The translations under genes were made by a program, and so were the position numbers. From Felis catus (taxonomy: Eukaryota): a stretch of 64,000 nucleotides of DNA. Shown here in pieces: positions 26,541 through 39,858 of this stretch (within the stretch, counting starts at the first letter, position 1; the number at the start of each line of letters is the position of its first letter). The DNA lies in contig NC_058368.1 of the NCBI RefSeq assembly GCF_018350175.1, positions 59,832,001-59,896,000 of the forward strand, read 5' to 3'. Below the pieces are notes generated by a model, which was not told where the DNA came from, searched no databases, and worked only from the letters and a program-made list of their open reading frames with translations.

Positions 26541-26849
26541 GGAATTCCACTTGAGAATACCTTAATGTGTACTTTATTCTTGAACACTATACATGTTATA
26601 ATTGTTTTGTAAAAAATCCCCTTTACAAAGATATGGGATTAATCCAACATTTCTTGGTATAAATAATGGGTAGATATTTTGGAGATGTAATTGTAACAAA
26701 AGTTTACCTGATTTATATTTTTTAAGAAAAAAAATTCCCACAATGTTCATTACCAGGTAATTGCATGATATAATATATTTATAAATTTTCAATGATTTTA
26801 GTTTTAATTAAACATGTATAAAATATTTTTTAAATCGTTTGTTTGTTAA

Positions 26850-26950
26850 TCTATTCCAGAAACACCCTCACAGACACATCCATAAATATCTTATTAGCTG
26901 TCTGGGCATCCCTTGACCCAGTCAAGTTGACACGTGATATTACCTATCAT
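26850..26950 (-). mobile_element. MLT2-like ERVL LTR fragment
   Basis: cagaaacaccctcacagacaca...cccagtcaagttgacac motif. Confidence 0.7.
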
Positions 26951-28114
26951 ATTGCGTAGTTTTTCTTTCTTTTTAAAAATTGCTTTTTTGGATTATTTCC
27001 TTAAAATGAATTCCTAAAAGTGAAATCATTTGTCCAAGAAGTGTAAATATTGTGTTTTTTAAATTTTAACCTAAACATTTATATTTTTTCTCAGTATTGA
27101 ATCATCCTTCCACTCAGTAGTCCTTTTGCAATAAGTGTCCAATGGGTTGAATGAATTTATTATTTAAACCAAATTGACTGCAGCATTAATATTTTAGATG
27201 CTAGGATACTTAAATGCTTTCAGATGTATGTTAATTGATATATAGTTTTCATTGTGAGAATTTTTATGAAATATAAGAAATGCCAGCCATGACAAATGCA
27301 CAGGATTTTATATTCAAGCCTACATAAATGACTAGAGCTTTACAGAATAAAAAATACACTGTGAAGATTTATCTCAAAAATTGTAATTCATATAAAATGT
27401 CTATGTGGTAAAAAAATCTGTTTTTTGTAACACATATGTATATATTCATATTATTTTGTTTTATTTTTTTATTCCAGAAATCCACCTGGATTTAATTTTT
27501 AAAAGAAGTTCAACATAAAATTATATATTTTGTTTATGTGCCCTTGTATTCTAAAGTTGTTGACTTTAAAATTTGTATTCTTATATAATTTTAACAAGAC
27601 ACATTTGAAAAGATACATAAAAAATTTCATATTGTCTTTTTCTTTTTACTATATCAGGGATAGAATATTTTTATTATAATTTTCTTTGGTTTTTCTCACA
27701 AAATAAAAAAAATGTGATTTGAATTAACTGTCATGAACATGAAAAGCTGGTAATAAGCCACTTAAAATTATTGGGACTTTTGTGTAGAAGAACAAGTATT
27801 TTTAATATGAACATCTATATTTTGGAGTCAATCAGTTGATTGTAAATTTGTCATTTTAAATTTTAATTAGATGCATATCTGTAATATTTAATTTGAAGTA
27901 TTTTAAGAATACTCAATTTTTATCAGATATCTAGGAGGTGTCTTGACTATGAGGGTGTGTTCCACAATATTTACATATGATGATAATTTTACTAACAATT
28001 ATAATTCAGCTTATATCTCATCTTAGATTTATATGATTTATTTTTGAATTAAAAAAAAGCTTTGAGTACAAATGACAGAAAGATGTATTAAGACGAACAC
28101 TTAATGCAATACAT

Positions 28115-28336
28115 CTTTTTTTTTAATTTTTTTTTAACGTTTATTTATTTTTGAGACAGAGAGAGACAGAGCATGAACGGGGGAGGGGCAGAGAGAGAGG
28201 GAGACAGAATCGGAAGCAGGCTCCAGGCTCTGAGCCATCAGCCCAGAGCCCGACGTGGGGCTCGAACTCACGGACCGCGAGATCGTGACCCAGGCTGAAG
28301 TCGGACGCTTAACCGACTGAGCCACCCAGGCGCCCC
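28115..28336 (-). mobile_element. Young SINEC_Fc
   Basis: CpG-rich copy; TSD gcaatacatctttttttt. Confidence 0.97.
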
Positions 28337-28499
28337 GCAATACATCTTTTTTTAAAGAGCGGTTAATCAATTATCTTTCTTATACTTTTCACTAAATATT
28401 TTTCTTTTGTATCTGTGTATGCTAATATATTTAGGTCCACTTCCTAGAATGCAATTAGGTTTATATATATTCCTATATTTTTCCTAGTCCTCTAATAAA

Positions 28500-29230
28500 G
28501 ATATCCCAGTCAATTCTGGAGAGGAGCAAATAGCACTGCACTGCATATCCTTATGAATGTTCCCTTGCAGATGTGTGCCTTTGTTTATCATACGGGTTAA
28601 TAGCAGGAAAATTGATTGCTGGGTCATAGTGGATAAACATATGCCATTATCTGTGCATTTATAGACTACACATTTTGTGCTTTCTGGAAGCAGTTATCCC
28701 AATTTTTCATTAATATTTGATATTATTTGGCTTTTTTAAATAAAGATTTTATTTTTAAGTAATCCCTACACCCAGTGTGGGGTCACACTCACAACCCAGA
28801 GATCAAGAGTATTATGCTCTACCAATAAGCCAGCCAGGCGCCCCTGGTATTATTTTACATTTTTTACTTTGTCAAATATTAATGGACCAAAGTCTGTATC
28901 TTTTAAAAATTTACCTCAATATAAACTCATAAAGTTATGATCTCTTTATCGATTACCTTCACAGTATGGTTCTATGAACAGCTTATTCACATTTACTGCT
29001 CATTTTTATTTTAATTTTTATGTTATTTTAATTATCCGGGACTTATTTGATAGACTGGACACCAATATTTTGTCCGTTAAATTTATTGTAAGAATTTCTC
29101 TGTGTACTCTCCTAAGGAGCAGAAACACAAAAGCTGGGATTGGTTGTGCTCGAATGTTTAAAACATTGACAACAGTTTTAAACACCATATTCACACTGCC
29201 TCAGTATGAGTTGCCTTGCATCTGTAAATA
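28500..29230 (-). mobile_element. Old LINE-1 (L1ME-like) fragments
   Basis: attgctgggtcatag and related antisense L1 motifs; heavily decayed and interrupted by a short SINE. Confidence 0.5.
28731..28844 (-). mobile_element. Short tRNA-derived SINEC_old
   Basis: Reverse reads ggggcgcctggctggcttattggtagagc...cttaaaaataaaatcttta; no (CT)n tract. Confidence 0.85.
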
Positions 29231-29431
29231 AAAAGCACACAATATCTACTTACCTGTTTTACATCCAAATGGAACATTTTTTCCTCCTCCTTCCACTATC
29301 TATTGACCAAAATCCTTTTGTTGTGTTATTTTACATGAATATGTTATGTAATATTGCTCAAGAATCATTAATATAGTCGAAGAACTTTAAAAGATCTATG
29401 TAAAAGGCCACTGTTTAAAAAAACAGAGTAT

Positions 29432-29660
29432 GGGGTGCCTGGGTGGCTCAGTTGGTTGGGCGGCCGACTTTGGCTCAGGTCAAGATCTCGCGGTCCGTGA
29501 GTTCGATCCCCGCGTCGGGCTCTGTGCTGACAGCTCCGAGCCTGGAGCCTGTTTCAGATTCTGTGTCTCCCTCTCTCTGACCCTCCCCCGTTCATGCTCT
29601 GTCTCTCTCTGTCTCAAAAATAAATAAACATTAAAAAAAATAAAAATAAATAAATAAAAA
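29432..29660 (+). mobile_element. SINEC_Fc
   Basis: SINE body, compound A tail, TSD taaaaaaacagagt. Confidence 0.96.
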
Positions 29661-30189
29661 TAAAAAAACAGAGTGTATATATGTATATAATATATAATAT
29701 GAATATAAACAAATACACATTATTTAGACTATACACACACAGAATTTATCCGTATGGTCATCTATATTCTTGAGATATCTTATTTCTTTCTCAGACAACC
29801 TAAATTTCACACACTATTAACAGTCTGTTAAAGTTCTAGTAAAATGTCTTAGTCATGACAATATAAAATTAAATTGAAGTTTTAAATATAATAAATAAAA
29901 GTTAAGTAAAAAAATTTGAACATGTATTACTAGAAATCATAGGTAAATACATCATACATTATTGAGGTAAAGAATGACTTTTTAACACAAATGACAGAAT
30001 CTGCAGAGGCAATATGTAAACATTCTAAAAATTAAAATTTTGATACTTATGCTGCTTGTAAATTAAAACAGTGAATTTCATATAACTTAAGCTAAATTGA
30101 TTTCTTAAAAATAATTTTATGTAAGCCCATCCCGTAAGTCAAACAAGGTCAAAACTTGGTATATATCCCCTTATGCATTTACTCTGCGT

Positions 30190-30550
30190 GTACAAATATT
30201 CCTTGACTTCCAATGGGGTTACCTCCTGACAAATCTATCATAAGTTGAAATGCACTTAACATACGTAACCTATGGAACATCAGAGTTTAGCCTGGTCTAC
30301 CTCAGTATGCTCAGAACACTTCCATTAGCCTACAGTTGGCAAAATCATCTAGCACAAAGCCTATTTCATAATGAAGTTCTGAATGTCTCATGTAATTTAT
30401 TGATTATTGTACTGAAAGTGACAAATAGAAAGGCCACATTGGGACAGAATGCTTGTAAGTGTACAGGTTATTTACCCTCGTGATTATGTAGCCAAATGAT
30501 TGCACGTGGAGCTGCAGCTAGCTGTCCACTGACCAGCATCATGAAAGACC
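30190..30550 (+). mobile_element. Tigger-family DNA transposon (MER47/Tigger5-like)
   Basis: gctcagaacacttccattagcctacagttggcaaaatcatctagcacaaagccta resembles MER47 internal sequence. Confidence 0.75.
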
Positions 30551-31775
30551 TATTATTATTCTTTTAATGAGAGTTCAAATACTTTTAAGTGAAAATTCAG
30601 TCATAAAAATATTCGTAATTTACTTACATATTTTTTGTACAGTATAATTGTTTCTCTGGCTATATATATATCAAAAGCTTTAAATATATTTCTATCCCTT
30701 ACTTGGAAGTGAGAGACTACTTAATTAAATTATAGTAATATTAAATATCTAGTTGTTAATGGCACTGAAAAGTTATAATGCTATATTTTGATAGGTAAAG
30801 AAGTTTATATAAAACTCAGTTTCTGTAAATTATAAAAGACAACTATTTGTATTTTCATTCTCAATTCTCCCTTCATCTCCACTCTCCCAGTTCCATAGAT
30901 GGCCTATGATCCTCAGCTGATTGTGCTACACCTTTTCTCAAACCTCACTGAACAAACCTCTCAAGAAACCATTAAGTTAAAGATTAGGTGATTGTTGATT
31001 AATCAGGCAGCTAACAAAACATTTCCTTCAGCTGAATGGTTCCAGAGAGTCCTCTGTGGCACAGGCTTTGTTGGGGGTGAGACACTCCTGTTGGCCCATA
31101 CAAATTAAACTTATATCTTGTTTAGTGGCAAAGAAAACGTAGCAAAATACCACCAGTAATGATAATTGTGGTATAGAACAATGACAGCAGCGTGTGTAAG
31201 GTGGGCATCATGTAGTATTAAAAGCAACAGTCAACATTTTGTGACTTTTTTATTTGTTCAAAGCTTGATATAAATCATATTACATTTTTTATATATAAAC
31301 CTTAAGATAGAAGCAAGAAACTATGTAGACTTTAAGATAGAAGCAAAAAGCAATATAAAATATAATTGTAGTTTATAACTTATTCAGACTCTATGTTGCT
31401 CTAATAGATGCTGAAAATTATTAGAAGGCCTTTCTGACAATGCAGTGACATTTAAAAATTTGGTTCATTATATCTGTACAATCAGCAATATTTTCGTTAT
31501 TAATATGTTTATTTCTTACTTTAATAGTATGTAAAACTTTATGTTGGCTTAGAGGAAAAGTCACTGAAAAATGACTCAACTAGGCTAGCTAAGATTCCAA
31601 GTACACATTTTATATATTATTTTCACAATAGTATAGAAATAGAATATAAATAGCTGTCACAATTCATTGCATAATATTAAACACATAGTGTATTTTAACT
31701 TTATAAATGCCATATTATTTACTGATTCATTTTACGTACTGTGCTATATTATTTCTTTATATTAAGAAAAGTTGA

Positions 31776-31925
31776 GGGGAACCTGGGTGGCTCAGTTGAT
31801 TAAGAGTCTGACTTCGGCTCAGGTCATGATCTCTCGGTTCCTGAGTTTGAACCTGCTAAGGATTCTCTGTCTCTTTCTCTGCTCTTCTCTCTCTCTCTCT
31901 CTTAAAAATAAATAAAGAAACATTT
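31776..31925 (+). mobile_element. CAN-SINE with internal deletion
   Basis: Head joined directly to cctgctaaggattctc; central segment missing. Confidence 0.9.
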
Positions 31926-31949
31926 TAGAAAATTGAAAATGATCAATGA

Positions 31950-32165
31950 GCTAGTGGAGTGGCAAAGAGTGTTGGCTCTGGAGTCAGATTCTGTTGGTGT
32001 AATCTTGGATCTATGTGAGAAATTGACCAAACAACTTGTCTTTCTTTGCTGGTTTTCTCAACAGTAAAATGGGATAATATTTCTGAATGGTGGAATTGTT
32101 AAAAATGTTAAAATGTAAATCATAAATGTATGAAGACAGTAAGAAGAGTACATAATACTTCCAAA
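31950..32165 (+). mobile_element. MIR SINE
   Basis: ggctctggagtcaga and ttttctcaacagtaaaatgggataata. Confidence 0.7.
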
Positions 32166-35100
32166 ATGGACAGTAAATATATTGAGAAATAAACATTGCA
32201 AGTGACAAGGTAATTATTTTACTTTATATTTGTTGAGACATAGGGGCCTAGTTTATTATACACATACCCTAGGTAAATTAATGCTAATCTTTTCCATTTG
32301 GGTATTTTTTTCATACTCAGAAATAAAATGCAATGAGTCAGACAAAATGACTTTCCACATTCTAACTTGTTTAGTATCTCTCACAGAGTTTGAAAAAAAA
32401 GTAGTTACTCGTGTGAGATTTAGCAATAAATCTTGATTTCTCCTTTAACTTTCTTCTGTATTCCTAAAATTCTATTGTATTTCTATGACCGCCCAAAAGA
32501 TTTTACTCTAAACAAAAGTCCTGGTAAATATAATTGAACCAATATGAACATTTAGATTATGTTTGTAAAATATAGCAGAAAAGAAATAAGGAACTGAAAT
32601 TAATATGGCAATGAGGTAATAACTTTTAACATGGAGGCATAATTGAAACGCTGATGAAAATAATACCTAGCCCTCTAATACAAAGATAGAAAGGATAACA
32701 ACAGAAGATTTTAAACTGTCCGTTCCCAGTATAGCAATATTTCCTCAATGTCTGCTACCATAATAAAGCTGGTCCTTAGGGGTTTTGTATGCTTTTCTTC
32801 GACTGTTTTTATCCATTTGTAAAATTCAAGTTAAGCTAGGTAACTAAGGACTAGCGTTGTCTATGTTCACACTTAAAGAAAATCACATGGGCAATTTTCT
32901 ATCTAACATAAAATGGGGCATAAGTCTACTTACCTTCACAAGTTATTTCACGTGTATTGGTTGTTGGATGTCTGTGCTTTAGAAGTTGCATTTGCAATAT
33001 GTCCAATATCAATTTATGTAAAAATGTGTTCATTTTAGCAATTTGTTGTTGTTAATTTATTACTTCCACATAGCTAAAAAGATACTTTAATTTTATGTCC
33101 CACATGCCTACTATATTCACATGAAACCTCTGGGAAATAATAATGCATTTTTCTATTGAAAACTCATACTTTTTTAGGTGACTGTTTCCATTTCTTGAAT
33201 TAAGGGAGGATTTAACCAGCACGATCTATTTCATTAATGATGTCAGCAGGAGATTGCTATTAAATTATGCATGACTAAAAACAAATTAAAATTGTCAACA
33301 GTACATAAAAAGTGTGCACTGACAAAATATTTCTAATCACAGAAATATTAATTAGAAAATTTGAATAATTGTGTTTAAAGAAGATTAACTGTGGGATAAG
33401 AATTCATTTATACCCATTTTAAATGAGAGATAAATAATATAAATTACATCCCTCTTCTGCTTCAGAGTGGGGAATAAGATGAGTCCTATATTACTAATCA
33501 AGTTTATATAAAGAGTACCTATGCCATATTATATGAATTTCTTCATGAACTGTATATTATCTGTCATTATTTTTAATTTTTTTTCTATAATAGGAAACAT
33601 TTCTTTTTCATATTTTATTTCATCTTTTATTTTCTTCTAATCCCTTGTTCTATCTGGCACATAGTGTTTATTTAATAAAAATTTCAAAACAAATACAGTT
33701 CATTTGTCTCTGAACTTATGATCAGAGTTACCAGAAAACTGTATTGTATTTTCTGATCTGCGAGGACTTTTTTTTTTTTTTTTTTAAAGTTGGTTTCAGT
33801 TTTAGGGTCAGTTTGTTGTAACTGGCAGTGGTTTGAGATCAGTCTCACTTGTACTATTCCGCAATTTTCTTCCTCTTGTGTCTGCTTTTTATGAAGCTTT
33901 GTGGCAGGATGGGTGCCTGAGTGTCTCCTAGGATTTGAAGTATTTGCTTTCTAATGAGGGTTCATTCTGAAATTTAGGCATTTTCTTTGATATATGCTGA
34001 ATGCATGATTTCCTTGTTAGGTATTTTTTGTCATCCTATATTTTGGGGGGAAGAAATATTGAATTATTCCTATTGTCTTCAGCTAACTGGAAGTCTTATG
34101 TGCCACTCTAAAAGGAGAGTCTACAAATTATAAAGAAAATAAGGCTTTAATGGATGGAAATTCTGGAGTGTGTTAAAAATAATATCAAAATTAGATGTAA
34201 AAGGCAGTATGAGAAACCAGGAATTTGCGTAAGTTTACCTTACAAAATGGCACAATATATAATATGGTACATGTATACATTTATTTTAATTTTAGAAGCG
34301 TATTTCTTAAGGTGAGAGTCCCATAAATGTTAAATATAGGACTTGAAAAACTGTAAAAGCTCCTTATATTTCTTAACATGCTAATGAGGGCAAACAGGTT
34401 GATAGCTCTTTTGCATTCCTCCAATGCCATTTTTTTATGTAACAAAGCTGCACAATGAGTATAATCATACTCTCTTTTTCTTGGAAGAGAAACAAGGTCC
34501 CTAATAATAATTAGTTCAAGATTATTTCAGAATTTAAAAGTTTACACAAGATATTATGGTATAGCTCTTAGAAAAATAATCCCTGTTTCGTTACAAAATG
34601 TTATTTATCTACCATGTAAAAAAAATCTGTATTGATTTTGGATATTATCACTCATCCTTTGCTTCAGTAAATATTGTTACTAATATTGAGGCCTACAGGA
34701 AATATTACTTTTTTTTTACACACCATTTATGTTGCAACTAATATAAGACTGAAAATGGTAAAGAACCCATTTGAACAAATTTTTGATATCTGCATTTTAA
34801 TAGCAATATAATAGTGTAGATTTGGGGCAATAAAAACCATTTAAAAGTTTGTCAATTTACTATTAACAAAATTTAAATATATCTACATTTATAATTTATT
34901 TTTATTTGTTATTATTTTAAACATAGATGAGATTTTTGTCACTCTTCTATACCCGATAGGAATTTTGCTCACTCATGAAAAATAAATAAAATATTATTTT
35001 TTCAAAAAAAAGTCTTATCCTAGGGAGTAAAGTAAATTTTGCATATTTATTTTAATAAGTAATCATACAGAAATTAAAAGAGAACATATATATTTATATA

Positions 35101-35494
35101 TCTCATGTCATTATAAAGTCACATCAGCTTAAAACATATCTATACATTTATAATAAAATCTCTTAAATTTGAAATGTTTGATAGTTCTTTATGGTTAAGA
35201 AAGTAATGGAATAAACCTCAATGATAATATGAAAACATTAATTTATTTGTTATAATTATAGATAACATAAATTTATTTGTTTGGGAGATCATTATTGTTT
35301 AGCAAAAATACATCCCTGGGGATTTGACTTTGAATATTTTTGTATTTTTTAACATAGATCTGTATAGCAGTTTAGAAACACAAACTTTTTATTTTATTAT
35401 TTTTGATTTATAATCCAAATGCGATGAATTATTTTCTACATGTCCTATGCCAAACAGATTGGCTTATTCTTATAAGATATACTGTATGAGGGTG

Positions 35495-35646
35495 GGGGTG
35501 CCTGGGTGGCTCATTCGGTTGAGCGACCTACTTTGGCTTCAGTTGGTCATGGTTCCTGAGTTTGAGCCCTGCATTGAGCTTGCCGCTATCAACACAGAGC
35601 CTACTTTGGATCCTCTGTCTCCCTCTCTCTCTGCCTCTCCTCCACT

Positions 35647-35680
<34 letters not shown>

Positions 35681-35699
35681 AATAAATAAAAACATTGAA
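35495..35699 (+). mobile_element. CAN-SINE
   Basis: SINE with (CT)n; TSD aagata(t/c)actgtat. Confidence 0.94.
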
Positions 35700-35754
35700 A
35701 AGATACACTGTATTTTGTCTTTATGTTGCTTCATATAGGGATATAAGATTCATG

Positions 35755-35942
35755 TTTTTTTAATTGTTTTAGTGTGTATTTATTTTTGAGAGAGAGACAG
35801 AGCATGAGTGGGGGAGGGACAGAGAGAAGGGGAGACACAGAATCCAAAGCAGACTCCAGGCTCTGAGCTGTCAGCACAGCCATGAGATCATGACCTGAGC
35901 TGAAGTCAGAGGCTTAACAGACTGAGCCACCCAGGCGCCCCT
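35755..35942 (-). mobile_element. CAN-SINE (internally deleted)
   Basis: Reverse SINE lacking the segment between gcacag and ccatgagatc. Confidence 0.94.
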
Positions 35943-35958
35943 GGGCTATAAGATTCTT

Positions 35959-36175
35959 TTTTTTTTTTTTTTAATGTTTATTTATTTTTGAGACACAGAG
36001 AGACAGAGCATGAATGGGGGAGGGTCAGAGAGAGAGGGAGACACAGAATCGGAAGCAGGCTCCAGGCTCTGAGCTGTCAGCACAGAGCCCGACGCGGGGC
36101 TCGAACTCCCCGAACGTGAGATCATGACCTGAGCCGAAGTCAAACGCTTAACCGACTGAGCCACCCAGGCGCCCT
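35959..36175 (-). mobile_element. SINEC_Fc
   Basis: Perfect 17-bp TSD tgggctataagattctt. Confidence 0.96.
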
Positions 36176-36399
36176 TGGGCTATAAGATTCTTAATGCTAT
36201 CATATCAAGTCCATGTGGGTCCATGAACACAAAGCAGTATCTTGAAACTAAACTATGACATTTTACAAATTCATAAAATGTTTATCACAATTTATTATAT
36301 GTTCTCCCCTTTCAATTCATATACGTTTATTCATATTATCTAAGTGAAATTACAAAGCAAATATTCTAGATTATGCTCAGTGTGAAGTTGTGGCCACTC

Positions 36400-39300
36400 T
36401 TTTCTCAAAAAATATAAAAATTCAACAAATTTAAAATAAAGGATGAACATATGTCAGGAGCTACATGCTAGAAAACAAAAGATATTTATTGTAGGACACA
36501 TGATGTAAGGAGACTATGTGGAAAAAAAAAGGAGACTATGTGAAGAATTTGAAAAGGAAGCATTAGAATTGAAAGAATAATGCTCTAATAACTAGAAATA
36601 GAGAAATACACAAACATACAAGAGCTTTCAACACTTGTAGGTAACTAGTAGACAGAAAATGAACAAAGGTATAGAGGAACTGGAAAATGTCATCAACCAA
36701 CTGGATCTAATTGCTATTTATAATATACCCACCAACAACCAAAGAATACGTGTAATTATCATGTATACATGAAATGTTCAACAGAAGAGATCATCTCATG
36801 GGTTAAAAAATGTAAATATTTTGAAATCATGCAAAGTATATTTTCAAATAATAAAAGAATTAAATAATAAGTAACTAACAGAACAGCTCATAGAAAAATC
36901 ACCAAACATTTCAATGTTAGATGAAACACACTTCTGTGTAATTCATGAGTCAAAGGTGATGTTTCAATGGAAATTAGAAAGATACTTTAATTTAAATGAA
37001 ATTATAAAATATCAAAATTTGAGAGATTCAGCTAGAGCAGCATTAGAGGTAAATTTATAGCAGTAAATCTTTATGTTAGAAAAAAAACATTCAAATCAGC
37101 AATTGAAACTTTGAAAAGCAAAGAAAAATAAATCTGAAGCAAGCAGCAGAAAGGATGTATATAAGATGTATATAAGAGCAAAATATCAATGCAATAAAAA
37201 TAGAAAAGCAATATAGAAAAAAGAAACCTGATCTTATTCACAGATGGTATATTTGCCTAGGTAGAAAATTTCAAGGACTCTACAAAACAAATAAACACCA
37301 CTTAAAACCAATAAATGAGTTTTCAAGATAGCAGGATACAAGGTCAACATGCAAAATTCAGTCACAGTTCTTTATAGTGGTAATTGATCATTGGGAAGTA
37401 AAATTTCAAAAAATTACACTCGATCAGTAATGCTTAGGTATCAATCTGACAATTCTTGTGCAGGTAGATATGTGGAAACCTACAAACACTATGAAAGAAT
37501 AAAAGAAGTCTAAATAAAAAAAAAAAAAAAAAACAGGTTAGAGTGGGAGAGAGCCAAAGCATAAGAGACTCTTAAAAACTGAGAACAAACTGAGGGTTGA
37601 TGGGGGGTGGGAGGGAGGAGAGGGTGGGTGATGGGTATTGAGGAGGGCACCTTTTGGGATGAGCACTGGGTGTTGTATGGAAACCAATTTGTCAATAAAT
37701 TTCGTATAAAAAAAAAGAAATTGTGGTTTATATACACAATGGAATACTACGTGGCAATGAGAAAGAATGAAATATGGCCTTTTGTAGCAACGTGGATGGA
37801 ACTGGAGAGTGTGATGCTAAGTAAAATAAGCCATACAGAGAAAGACAGATACCATATGGTTTCACTCTTATGTGGATCCTAAGAAACTTAACAGAAACCC
37901 ATGGGGGAAGGGAAGGAAAAAAAAAAAAAGAGGTTAGAGTGGGAGAGAGCCAAAACATAAGAGACTGTTAAAAAACTGAGAACACACTGAGGGTTGATGG
38001 GGGTTGGGAGGGAGGGGAGGGTGGGTGATGGGTATTGAGGAGGGCACCTTTTGGGACGAGCACTGGGTGTTGTATGGAAACCAATTTGACAATAAATTTC
38101 GTATAATAAAAAAAAGAAGTCTAAATAAGATGCCCATGGAATAGTTGATAAAGTCTAGCAGATTTCTAAAATTTATTTCAGATTCTAACTTTCTAAATTC
38201 ATACACAGTCCTAAATTAAGAACAAAGGAAGTAGAATCCCTAAAAAATGTGATAAAGATGTATAAAAGACAAAGATTCACTCTATTTGATATTAAGAATT
38301 GTTATGGTACCATAGTAACCAAGACAATGTAATATTGGTGAGGGATAAGTGAATAGATCAATGAAGCAGGAGAAGGAAACCAGAGATAGACTAATGCAAA
38401 CATGGACAATTGATTGCCAACAGTACTGCTAAGTATTTTCAGTGGGAAATAATAGTCTTTTTAACAACTGTTGCTGAAATAATTGGGCATTCATATACCA
38501 AAAAACAGACAAAAAATGCACAATCAAAAACACTCAACCTAATCCTCATACTTTATGCAAAAATAGTAACTGTGATTAGAATGTAGATATCAATATAATA
38601 CATAAACACATAAAGCACCTAGAAGAAGCTCTTAGTGGCCTGGAGTTAGTCAAAGCATTCTCAGAAAATGCATGATTAATAAAAAAAGGAAAAAAAAGAC
38701 AAATTGAATTCATTACTGTTGATATTTTCTGCTTCTTTGAAAGACAGTTAAAGCAACGTAGATCACATAACAGCAAGGTTATTATAAAAATTATAAAGTA
38801 TACATATATGCATATATACACATATTATATCAATATATATGCACTTATGTATATAAATAACTGTAAATTAAATAATAAGAAAACAGTGTTCTAAAAAAAA
38901 GAGCAAATTATTTGTACAGACATTTCACCATGGAGGATAGATGGCAAATAAACATATGGAAAGATGTTCAACATAATTAGCTATTAGGGAAGTGTAAATT
39001 AAAACCATGAAGAAACAGTACCACACACTTTTTAAAGTGTTTAAAAACAAAATACTGACAATATCAAGTGCTAACAAGTTTGTGAAGCAACTTGCACTTC
39101 AATATATTGGTGAAAATGCAGAACTATACAGCCACTCTGGAAAACCATTTGGAAGTTTCTTATATAATTACACATAAACTCTCCAATGAAAAAAGCGATA
39201 TTTAGAAATAAAAACTATGATCACACAGAAACTTGTGCATGAATGTTTAGAGCAAGTGTATTCATATAATGTAATACAATTCAACAGTAATAAAATCGTC

Positions 39301-39725
39301 AACTTTTGATACATCCACCAATTCAGATGTATCTTAAAAGCATTACACTGATGAAAAATTACAGTTTCAAACAATTTCATGCCGTTTGAAAAGATTCTTA
39401 CATCAGCATAATGATAATCACAGCTGTGTGATCCATTTATAATACATTCTCTAAAAGACACAATTATAGTGTCAGAAAACCTGTGAGTGCTTGACAAGGG
39501 TTAAGTGTGAGAGTGTGTCTGTGTATATATTGTGGGGTGGATGTGATTGTAAAGCGATAACACAAGGGAGATGTTTGTAAAGGTAATGGAACTGTTCTAA
39601 ATCATGGTTGTGATGATGGTTACCTAATTCTATACAAGCGTTAATAATATTCATTAACTCTTTATCAATAGAAAGTATTAATTTATGGTATGGTCTATTA
39701 AAAATTAAAATTAATTTTAAAAGAA
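36400..39725 (+). mobile_element. Old fragmented LINE-1 (L1MC/MD-like), ORF2 remnants to 3' UTR
   Basis: tcaaccaactggatctaattg, aaatttatagca, gcaggatacaaggtcaac, acagccactctggaaaac; many stops and deletions; interrupted at 37517-38111. Confidence 0.8.
37517..38111 (+). mobile_element. Two tandem young felid L1 (L1_Fc-like) 3' ends
   Basis: Second copy encodes the ORF2 C-terminus KKLWFIYTMEYYVAMRKNEIWPFVATWMELE...CGS*; G-rich 3' UTR present twice; 17-bp TSD aaaagaagtctaaataa. Confidence 0.93.
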
Positions 39726-39801
39726 AATAAAAATTCTTAAATGACAAAAATAAAAAGCCTATCCATTCTTTCTCCCTTTATTTACATTTTTAAACACCCC
39801 A

Positions 39802-39844
<43 letters not shown>

Positions 39845-39858
39845 AAGACACACACACA
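39802..39858. repeat. (CA)n microsatellite (interrupted)
   Basis: Direct observation. Confidence 0.95.

Noticed and set aside
28731..28844. tRNA-like sequence
   Set aside because: Degenerate tRNA-derived SINE with an A-rich tail; not an intact tRNA.
29100..29300. - strand acceptor and strong donor near 29222-29253
   Set aside because: The acceptor leads into L1-like sequence with stops in all frames; the donor lacks a good upstream acceptor.
31298..31357. 30-bp period direct repeat (similar short duplications near 15043, 19982, 48818, 49153)
   Set aside because: Ordinary two-copy slippage duplications; not CRISPR-like or an array.
37607..37882. 91-aa ORF with a recognisable protein motif
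   Set aside because: Chance fusion of L1 3' UTR to the L1 ORF2 C-terminus; a retroelement fragment.
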